A stretch of DNA of 35,275 bases from Octopus sinensis (Eukaryota). Below the pieces are notes generated by a model. It searched no databases, was not told the origin of the DNA, and worked only from the letters and a program-made list of their open reading frames with translations. This document shows positions 1-9,689 of this stretch, in pieces (within the stretch, counting starts at the first letter, position 1; each line of letters starts with the position of its first letter). Location: positions 1-35,275 of the forward strand of contig NW_021829914.1 of the NCBI RefSeq assembly GCF_006345805.1, written 5' to 3'. Both the position numbers and the translations under genes were made by a program.

Positions 1-427
<427 letters not shown>

Positions 428-819
428 CACATTCAAAAGGAAAAAAAACACATACACGCACATTACAACCACAACAAACATTCACAAACTTACATGCACA
501 CACACAAGCATGCACACACACAATGACACATACCTCCCCGACAAATACAAGGCATATAAACGCACCCACAGAAACACTCCTACACGCATACACATATTGC
601 ACTAACAATACAAACAAAACAGATCACTCACAAATGCAACACACGTGCACACACACACACCCGGAAACTACAGAACTACATAAACCATACCCACACATAT
701 ACACACACACACAAACACATACTCAATACCAACACACACAAAACGCATATACACACACGCCACTCAGATAAACCCAACATATATACAAACACATACACAA
801 ACTAGCGCACACGCAACAC

Positions 820-958
820 ACTAACAAACATTAACCACACACATACATACACATATACACACACCATCCTACCAAATTTTGAAAACACACACAGACACAT
901 CTATTTACACCACAATGGACCCTGGGACCAATCAGAAACGGCCCCTCCACACAAACAC

Positions 959-998
<40 letters not shown>

Positions 999-1260
999 TC
1001 ATATCATTCTGACCCCCATACAGACGCACCATGACAAATACTAATCACGCACATACACACACTAAGACAATCACACACACGGCTAACAAACGGGCACACA
1101 CATACACACACCATCCTACCAAATTTTACAAACACACACAGACACATCTATTTACAACACAATAAACCCTGGGACCAATCAAAAACGGCCCCCACACACA
1201 AACACCAACACATGTATATGTATACACACACACACAAAGACTCGCACCATTCTGACCTCT
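820..1260. repeat. Diverged tandem duplication, period about 247 bp, in CA-rich DNA
   Basis: caccatcctaccaaatttt...gacacatctatttaca...ccctgggaccaatca..aaacggcccc starts at 862 and again at 1109. Confidence 0.9.
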
Positions 1261-1467
1261 AAAGACCAATCCCCCAAATCATTGATGCTTGAAGGAGAGA
1301 CAAAGAAGTTCTTTTCAGTTCCACATTACTTTTCCTTCCCCCCACTCAAACACCCCTACACTGTCCCTTGAAATAAAAAATAGTCTTTTACGATAAAATG
1401 GTGAACCAGGTCAGTTTAAGCTACCACTACTAAAATGTAAACTTTTTTGAACTTATAATATTCTGTA

Positions 1468-1547
<80 letters not shown>

Positions 1548-1639
1548 TACAATACCAATATTCCACTGAACTTTTTAATAATTCCTTCTGGAAACTATCT
1601 TTAACCTTTTCTTGAGAATATGTATATATATGTTGTAAT

Positions 1640-1947
1640 CTTTTGTGCCCAATATTTTAATGAACTTGTTAAACTATTTAATATTTTCCCAAGATTTTCC
1701 CTTGTAAGCTGTTCTTAACATGTCCTTATTATCAAGGAATGTATATGTATATTGTAATATTTTGTGACAACCATTACCTGGCACAACCAAGCTTTTGTGC
1801 CCAATATTTTGATGAACTTGTTAAACTTTTTTATATTTTCCCAAGATTTTCTCTTGTAAACTGTTCTTAACATGTTCTTGTTATCAAAGAATGTATATAT
1901 GTATTGTAGTATTTTGTGACAACCAGTAACTAACACAACCAAGCTTT
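1640..1947. repeat. Tandem duplication, two units of about 152 bp
   Basis: cttttgtgcccaatatttt at 1640 and 1792; both units end in cacaaccaagctttt. Confidence 0.93.
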
Positions 1948-2142
1948 TACATGTTACTTTTGACAATCTTTTTCTAAAAAAATGAAACCGGTAAAGTAAA
2001 TAAACATCTTTTAAAATTGCATCTTCAAACCTTCTTTCATATATAATTCCACTCGTGCGGTACCTTACAACTCCACTTTGTTATATATATATATACATAC
2101 GTACGCACACACACACACACGCACGCACACACATACATACAT

Positions 2143-2265
2143 AGGCGCAGGTATAAATTTGTGATGAGAAGTTTGCTTATAACCTCGTAATTCCGGGTTC
2201 AGTACTCGAACCAGCCAAAGTCTTGTGAGTGGACTTGGCAGACGAAAACTGAAAGAACCTCGTCG

Positions 2266-2297
<32 letters not shown>

Positions 2298-2518
2298 TGT
2301 ATGTATGTATGTATGTATGTATGTATGTATGTATATATATATGTGTGTGTGTGTGTGTGTTTATGTAGATATATATGTGTCTATGTGTGCGGTTCGGGAA
2401 AAGAGACCGATAGGATTAGTACTAGGCTTAAAAAATAAGTTCCGGGTCGATTCGTTCGGCTAAAATTCTCCAAGGTGCTGCCTCAGCATGGTCGCAGTCT
2501 GATAACTGAAACAGGTAA
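2143..2518 (+). mobile_element. tRNA-derived SINE, family 1, with internal (TATG)n/(TG)n
   Basis: Head ggcgcagg..gagaagtttgctt..ccgggttcagt, body ttgtgagtggacttggcagacgaaaactgaaagaa, tail gcggttcggga..gaccgatagg..tagtactagg..cagcatggtcgcagtc. Homologous to 9251-9646 and 18040-18380. Confidence 0.8.
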
Positions 2519-2958
2519 TGAAAACATAAAATTTGTGTGTGCGTGTGTATATTGTGTAACCGCAACAATGTACAATGGAAAGAAACTATGGGACAGGTTT
2601 CAAAATGAGCCACGCATTTTTCGTATGTCGGGTCTTACGGATTGCAATACGGAGGTTACACTGATTAGTATCCCTCATATAAAACTTTGCTATAAGTGAG
2701 GCCTAACAAAAAACGAAGAAAACAAATCCTACCATGAGAATTGTAGCACATCTCTTGTGTGCTGGATGACTGTTCTGTCGATCACATCAAGAGGACTCTG
2801 AACAAGTTTAGCTGTCGAATTTAACATGTATGTTCTAACAAGATAAGCTTTAGGTCACAGAGACTCGTCTCTGTAACAGGAAAATCGCAGACAATTTAGC
2901 AGTGAGCAAGCAGTCAGCAGATAGGTTACCTCCAAGTTAGTGTCTACACAATTTAGTT

Positions 2959-3285
2959 CAGTGGTTCTCACCATTTTTGTTTTTATCTATGGACCCTTTT
3001 GATGCTTAAAGTTAGTTTTATAGATGCTTCTTTCAAAATTTCTATTTTGCTATTCACCCATTCACTTGTGTTGGTTTGCAATAGCACCCACTGAAAGAAC
3101 ATGTTTCAGTGGTTGGAACCATGTTAAAATATATAAAACATTAGAGAAAGAAACGTAGGCGTTTCTTGCAATAAATTTTTCACGAACAAAGCAAACTTTT
3201 TCACGAACCACTAAAATATTACTGCGGATCCTCAATTTACTAATTTACTAAAAAATCTAAAATGGATCCCGGTTGAAAACTATTG
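2959..3285. mobile_element. hAT-type (Charlie-like) MITE
   Basis: Left end cagtggttctcacc; right end reverse complement caatagttttcaacc. Flanking 8-mers atttagtt (2951-2958) and atttagta (3286-3293) form a 7/8 TSD, the hAT length. Confidence 0.72.
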
Positions 3286-3888
3286 ATTTAGTATCTTCCT
3301 GAAAATATTCAGTACAACATTCCCCTGGCAATATTCTCGTTCAATTTCTATGTTAAGCCGCTACTCGTAGATGTCATGGGCATGATGTAACGCGCGCACG
3401 CGCGCACACACACGCATACACACGTATACACATCCACACACAAATACACACACACGTACCCGGCACGCATATTTCATTCACACAGCGTTTTGATCAAAGA
3501 TATTAAGAGTAAGAGAATCTTCGTTGGGTAGCAGCTGTTGGAAAGGGTGTAAAATACCAAATTAACCACCAAGGTCGAACTCTCTCTTCATTTTCCTCTC
3601 TGTATCTCCCTCTCTTCTGCTTTTCTCTCTGTTTCTCGCTCCTCTCTCTTTCTGTCTCATGATGAAATCGGCTGGAAAGGGGCTGGTCTCCTCCATGTTT
3701 CAGTGCCCAAGATATTCTTTATATCATGACGGTGCCCTTACGAATTCAATGTCAGTTGAGGGCCCAAAGAAGGCTGGAAGCACACACGCACAGATACATA
3801 CACATACACGCGCACACAGACATACACCAGATATGTGCCAGATAATTCGTTTCTCTGTGTGTGTATTTGTGTGTGTGTGCGTGCGCGC

Positions 3889-3933
<45 letters not shown>

Positions 3934-4058
3934 CATATCATCAACATCATCATCGATGTAAATGTTATATGTATGTATGTAATATATGTAGTATATGTAC
4001 ATATATAGATATATATATATATATATATATATAATCTATCATATATATATATATATAT

Positions 4059-4106
<48 letters not shown>

Positions 4107-4352
4107 TATATATATATTATATATAAAACATACATACGTACATACACACACCTATATACACGTAATGATATAGAGAAATTATGTATTAGTGTGTATGTAG
4201 ATATATAGGTGCGCGCGCGTGACTTCATGTGTGTGCATATCTTCATGCATTCACATTGATGCTGGTACGTGCGTACGCAATTTGACATCCACATGTAATA
4301 AACACAGACTATTTTACATGACCGCACTCAAATTGACGTGTAAACCGGCTAC

Positions 4353-4570
4353 AGTAGTAGTAGTAGTAGTAAAAATTGTAGTAGTAGTTTTAGTAGTAGT
4401 AGTAGTAATAGTAGAAATAGTGATAGTGGTAGTGACGGTAATGGTGGTAGTGTTAATAGTTGTGATAGTAATAGTGGCAGTGGTAGTAGTAGTTGTTGTA
4501 TTAGTGCTAGTTGTAGTAGTGGTGTTGGTGTTGGTGTTGGTGGTGGTGGTGGTAGTAGTAGTAGTTGTGA
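4353..4570. repeat. Degenerate (GTA)/(GTG)n trinucleotide microsatellite
   Basis: Direct reading; explains the poly-Val and poly-Thr ORFs. Confidence 0.95.
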
Positions 4571-4881
4571 TCATTGTATAACGTAACTTCCTACCAATTC
4601 GAAACTCATTCTCATTCTAAGTTAATTTTATCGCTGTCGTCGTATTCATCACCACCACCACTACTCACGTTCGTTCCCTCCTCTTCCTCATCCTTATCAT
4701 TATCGTTGTCTTTTATTTAAAATGTATAAATCTACATATCTTAGTCACAATCTGAACTTGCAGGAAATTCAATTTGTCTTGTGTGTATGTGTGTGTATGT
4801 GTGTGTGCTTGTATGTGTATATATTTATGTATGTATATATGTATATATATATATGTATATATACATACATACATACATACA

Positions 4882-4914
<33 letters not shown>

Positions 4915-5119
4915 GTGTGTGTGTGTGTGCTTGGTGTTGGGGTACTCTGAAGATAGGATGCGGTGGTGCTGGGTACATAATGAATTTTACATTTTTATGT
5001 AATTAGTTTTCCACGAACCCTATTCTGTTACTGATGAGGTCTTCCATTACTGGCAATATAGAGATGTCACTAAATTAAAATTGCATTTTTTAACGTGTCT
5101 TAATATTGGCTCCAAGTAA

Positions 5120-5335
5120 GGCAGCGAATTGGCAGAATCGTTAGCAGTCTGGGCAAAATGCTTAGCGGTATTTCGTCTGTCTTTACGTTCTGACTTCAAA
5201 TTCCGTCGGAGTCGACTTTGCCTTTCATACTTTCGGGGTCGATAAAATAAGTACCACTTGAGCAGTGGGGTCAGTGCAATCGACTTACCGCCTACGCAGA
5301 AATTGCTGGTCTTCTGCCAAATTTTAAACGAATAT
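5120..5335 (+). mobile_element. tRNA-derived SINE, family 2
   Basis: ggcagcgaattggcagaatcgttagc...gcttagcggtatttcgtctg...ttcaaattcc...ctttcggggtcgataaaataagtacc; homologous to 20987, 21368 and 27141. Confidence 0.85.
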
Positions 5336-5594
5336 TAGCTGGAAGTGAACTGAACGAACCTTTATGCAGTTACACGATTTGCAAGAAATTGCAGCTGCTG
5401 ATCTCTCATATTATATCTACTCTCTTCTGTAAAAACAGTATCACATTAGATTAAGTAGTTTGTAAGATAGATGGTCATAAGTGGAAAGATTTTGACCCGA
5501 AGCACGACCTCCGTTTGACCTGGGGACAAACAACATTAACTGAAACTGTAGCGAGGGAATGAAAGATACAACCCCCACACACATACGGATGAAG

Positions 5595-5735
5595 GCGTGG
5601 CTGAGCGGTAAAAAACTTGCTTCCCAAACACATGCGTGGCACCTTGGGCAAGTATCTTCTACTACAATCTCGGGCCAACCAGGGCGTTGTGAGTAGATTT
5701 GGTAGACGGAAACCGAAAGAAGCCCGTTATATATA
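5595..5735 (+). mobile_element. SINE family 1, partial copy
   Basis: aacttgcttcccaaacacatgcgtggcaccttgggcaagtatcttctacta...tttggtagacggaaaccgaaagaagcccg matches the family 1 body. Confidence 0.8.
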
Positions 5736-5739
5736 CGCA

Positions 5740-6526
5740 TAAGTCTGGTTAAGTCGTTTCGACTTACGTCATTTCTGAAGGTACATCGGTCTTTCTAAAA
5801 TATTAAATCAGTATTAAATACAGCATCAATTTACTCTACCTGGCGAAACAGCAATAACATTCATACTATACTGTTCTGTTTGTTCCGGGTTGTATCGATT
5901 AGTTACTTTCGTATCCGTCCCCGGGAAATAAATACAAAAGCAATAGAAACATAATCTGTATAGCATATTAAAATTCATGTTAAAATACAGTATGCATCAT
6001 TGATCTGGAGCCTCATCGTTTTACGTTGGAGAGGCTTTTCCTCATTTATACATATGTCTCGCTTTATCTGAGGAAATGGATCCAAATGCACATTTTGTAA
6101 AAATATTGGGGACGGGGTTGTCAAGATATTGTTGCAGCTTATTACCTAATCCTTGAAGAGGAGAAAAATGCAATTCAAGGAACTTTAGTTCGCACAACGC
6201 TCTACACCAACCCAACAGGAGTCAGCTGATGGGCTCCAACCATCGACATCTAGTGTGTAATCTCTTCTTCCTCCTACACCAGCCTCAATGAGTAACGCCG
6301 ACGTCAGCCATCAGGTAGGCAACAGTACAGTATTGGAAATTATTTCTTTCTAATATAAAAGCAACCCAGGCCTGCTTAACAATTTACCGAATTCGTAGGC
6401 TAACATAAAAACAACCAAGGCAAGCCTAGGTTTTAACTATTACATGTATATACATATAAATAATGGTTATTTCGACTTAAGTCGTTTCTCGAGTTAAGTC
6501 GTGTCCTCTGGAACCAATCAACGACG
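5740..6526 (+). mobile_element. Tigger/pogo-like DNA transposon remnant with frameshifted transposase C-terminus
   Basis: From 6031 EAFPHLYICLALSEEMDPNAHF; from 6122 in a shifted frame QDIVAAYYLILEEEKNAIQGTL; later QPSTS. Related gtcgtttcgactta motifs near both ends; right end abuts TA. Left TIR not recognisable. Confidence 0.55.
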
Positions 6527-6713
6527 TATATATATATATATTGAATTATCGAATCATCTCATAAATAGTACTTTTTTCCATTGCATGAACTAAAAGTCGA
6601 AGGGGGACGGGATAAACTACCTGCATCAACATGCTATAAAAGTAGGTAGTAATTTTACCTTCTCCTTAATCTTAGTGCAGTACGATTTTAACAGTTATTT
6701 TTTCAAAGCTATA

Positions 6714-6830
6714 ATGGAAGTGACAAAGGAGGATATTCGGTATATCTTGCTTTATGAGTTCAATAAAGGCAACAACGTTACGGAAAGTGCAAAGAATATT
6801 AATGCAGTATATGGGGAGCAAGACAAATGA
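6714..6830 (+). pseudogene. Mariner transposase N-terminal HTH fragment
   Basis: MEVTKEDIRYILLYEFNKGNNVTESAKNINAVYGEQDK*, like mariner HTH1 (..LLYEF..G.N....A.NIN.VYG). Truncated just before the hammerhead-bearing insertion. Confidence 0.7.
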
Positions 6831-6853
6831 GAAAATAACAAAAATATAGATTA

Positions 6854-6927
6854 ATCATGGACATGTTTCGCTATTAACATTTACGTAATTTTACTTACGT
6901 AATTTGTCCGTAGCTCCTCAGCATGAT
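6854..6927 (-). ncRNA. Type I hammerhead ribozyme with fully canonical core
   Basis: Minus strand: AUCAUG CUGAGGA GCUA [37 nt] UAGC GAAA CAUG UC CAUGAU. Helix I 6 bp, helix II 4 bp, helix III palindrome ACAUGU, GUC site. Confidence 0.88.
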
Positions 6928-7119
6928 CGTCATTGTAAATATAATTTTGGCGTTTGCTGAATTTTCTAGAGAACATTTCTTAGTGGCAAGACCATAGCGG
7001 ATCTAGTTCTAGCATAAGAGTTGTCCACGTTGTGGTCATCCCTCTTATATGAATGTAATATACATACATACATACATACATACATACATACATACATACG
7101 TAGGTAGTACATACATACA

Positions 7120-7148
<29 letters not shown>

Positions 7149-7150
<2 letters not shown>

Positions 7151-8100
7151 TTCGTTTTCGTCTCTTGTATTTACATCCGTCTCGTGCGTTCACATTCCTG
7201 TCTTCTACCAAGAAATCTAATGCTTACAGCTTAGTTTTTTTTCTTGGGGCTGGCCGAGTTGGAGCAAATATCAGAATTGAACAGCCGAAATTTGCTATGA
7301 TGATTCGGTGTCTGACTGAAGATTGAAGGCTTCGAATGATTTGTCTGTGTTCCGTGTTCGTCCCTTCCTGTATTTCACGTTCTTTATATATAAAAACATT
7401 TATTCTTATATTATTGCGGCGTTACGTGCACCCCCCCCCGTTTGTTTGTCCAATTTTAAACCCTGCACGACTTCTATACACTTTGTCTTCCTACCCGCCA
7501 TTGCTTCTTTACCAAACTATTTTGGCGCCCTCCGATTCTTCCCCCTCTTCCTCCCATCCTCCTTAATCCCTTCTTTCTCCTTTTCTCTTGGTCACTGATT
7601 CTGTCCCCTGCCTTCCACCCTCTTTGATTCCCTCTCTCTCTGTCTCTCTTTCTCTCTCTCTCTTGCAACCTGCTGCTTCTTAACCATTCTGTTGGCGATC
7701 GTATCTCGACCAACATGTGTCCCCTCTACCGAAACGGTAATTATTTCTACGCCAGCTGCTATGTTGTTGTTGTTTTTGTCTCATTTGGTCTAAAGTCGTA
7801 AGACAACCATCGTTATATTTTGTTTATCCATTACTGTTTTCAATTTCGTTTTCGTCTCTTGTATTACATCCGTCTCGTGCGTTCACATTCCTGTCTTCTA
7901 CCAAGAATCTAATGCTTACAGCTTAGTTTTTTCTTGGGCTGGCCGAGTTGGAGCAAATATCAGAATTGAACAGCCGAAATTTGCTATGATGATTCGGTGT
8001 CTGACTGAAGATTGAAGGCTTCGAATAATTTGTCTGTGTTCCGTGTTCGTCCCTTCCTGTATTTCACGTTCTTTATATATAAAAACATTTATTCTTATAT
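7149..8100. repeat. Near-identical direct repeats (7149-7411 and 7843-8100) around a 431-bp spacer
   Basis: 263 versus 258 bp; differences are one substitution and four homopolymer-length changes. Confidence 0.95.
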
Positions 8101-8152
8101 ATATATATATATTATATATATATATATATTATATATATATATATATATAATA

Positions 8153-8191
<39 letters not shown>

Positions 8192-8284
8192 TTAGAAGAA
8201 ATGAGGTACTCAGAAATCTGGATGGTTTTATATTTACAGATATTTATTAGTATATTACATGTTTTTATAAATCATATATCATAT

Positions 8285-8322
8285 ATTAGCACTTTCGTCC
8301 ATTCTAGTGGAGTCTTCAAATT
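8285..8322 (-). ncRNA. Degenerate hammerhead-like motif
   Basis: Minus strand: UUGAAGA C-UCCA CUAGAA UGGA-C GAAA GUGC UA. C3 is U, the 10.1-11.1 pair is broken and helix I is weak. Confidence 0.4.
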
Positions 8323-8439
8323 CAACTAACTTTTGCAGGAATTTTGACTCTTTTTATAGTATTATTGAGTGTGTAGGGGTAGCGAGAGATATAAGATAGT
8401 ACAAAAGGGTGAGGAATGGGGAGAAAGTTTAAGAGAGCA

Positions 8440-8469
<30 letters not shown>

Positions 8470-8470
<1 letters not shown>

Positions 8471-8883
8471 TTTGTATCTGAAAGGGTGTTAAAGAAAAAG
8501 AAGGAATGGAAGAAGGAGAGAAAATTTGTTTATATCTTTGAAGCTGGTCAGTTTGTCAATAATAATCGGTTCTTGGGTTTTAGTAATGGCAAATCCAGCT
8601 GTTCACTCCAAGGGGGGAAAGATGTCACTTTTCAAAAAATTGTCTGGATTTCCTTTTTATCATTGACTTGTAAAAGAGAGAGAGAAAGAGAGAAACAGAG
8701 AGAGAGAGTGAGAGAGAAGGAGTGTGTGTGTGCAAGTGTGCGCGCGTGTGTATATATATGTGTGTGTGTGTGTGTGTTTGTATCTGAAAGAGTTGTTAAA
8801 GAAAAAGAAGGAAAGGAAGAAGGAGAGAAAATTTGTTGATATCTCTGCAGATGGTCAGTTTGTTAATAATAATCGATTCTTGG
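8470..8883. repeat. Diverged direct repeat of about 110 bp (8470-8577 and 8775-8883)
   Basis: ttgtatctgaaag..gttaaagaaaaagaagga..gaaggagagaaaatttgtt..tggtcagtttgt.aataataatcg.ttcttgg occurs twice, each after (TG)n. Confidence 0.88.
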
Positions 8884-8947
<64 letters not shown>

Positions 8948-8954
<7 letters not shown>

Positions 8955-9250
8955 ATAAAGTGATGGTATGTTGCCAACTTAATGTGAAAGTCCCATGAAA
9001 GGGAAGAATGCTATTGCTATTTAGCCCCAGGAAACACCGTTTCTAGTTGACCATGACATATTTTCTGTGTCTTTAGTTTTTCAAACGGGAGATAAGCACC
9101 ACCACCCAGCTAAGCCAGTATCAGAGACCAGTTTCAGAGTCATTCCTCATCATCAGTCTGCTTGGCTGCCGCTTTTCAACTTCTTTATCTTGCTGCTACT
9201 GTATAAATCTCTCTGAGAGATTTAGAAATGTAATATTTCTAGTTCAGAAA
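8948..9250. mobile_element. Non-autonomous repeat family with a hammerhead motif and a terminal palindrome
   Basis: ttgccaac...tttagccccaggaaaca..gtttctag shared with 32331-32420; aaatctctctgagagattt palindrome shared with about 32640; hammerhead at 9122-9160. Confidence 0.55.
9122..9160 (-). ncRNA. Type I hammerhead ribozyme motif
   Basis: Minus strand: CAGA CUGAUGA U-GAG GAAUGA CUC-U GAAA CUGG UC UCUG. Helix I 4 bp, GUC site, helix III ACUGGU; U-U mismatch at 10.1-11.1. Confidence 0.68.
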
Positions 9251-9646
9251 TAGGCTGTGTGGTAAGTAACTTGTTTACCAACCACATGGTTCCGGCTTCA
9301 GTCCCATTGCGTGGAACCTTGGGTAAGTGTCTTCTACTATAGCCTCAGGCCGACCAAAGCCTTGTGAGTGGATTTGGTAGACGGAAACTGAAAGAATCCC
9401 GTCGTATATATGTATATGTATATATATGTGTGTGTGTGTTTGTGTGTCTGTATTTGTCCTACCCCCCAAACATCACTTGACAATCGATGCTGGTGTGTTT
9501 ACGTACCTGTAACTTAGCGGTTCGGCAAAAGACACCGATAGAATAAGTACTAGGCTTACATAGAGTAAGTCCTGGGGTCGATTTGATCGACTAAATGCGG
9601 TGCTCCAGCATAGCCGCAGTCAAATGACTGAAATAAGTTAAAGAGT
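9251..9646 (+). mobile_element. SINE family 1, near full length
   Basis: tgtggtaagtaacttg..ccaaccacatggttccggcttcagtccc..cttgggtaagtgtcttctactatagcc..gaccaaagccttgtgagtggatttggtagacggaaactgaaagaa..(TG)n..cctggggtcgattt..gtgctccagcat.gccgcagtcaaatgactgaaa. Confidence 0.88.
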
Positions 9647-9689
9647 ATTTCACTTGAAATATATATATGTTTTCAAAGGCGAATAAGCA

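Noticed and set aside
1285-1380. TTGAAGGA-GAGACA...TGTCCC-TT-GAAA hammerhead-like layout
   Set aside because: Core and helices I and III are too degraded to distinguish from chance.
3700-3785. Possible minus-strand micro-exon (cttccag acceptor, gtaagg donor)
   Set aside because: Splice-like motifs occur by chance at this density; no homology or neighbouring exon.
5031-5060. CTGATGAG match
   Set aside because: No matching helix II plus GAAA downstream.
7314-7340. CTGAAGA...CTTCGAAT in both direct repeats
   Set aside because: GAAT instead of GAAA, a 1-nt loop 2 and no helix I or III pairing.
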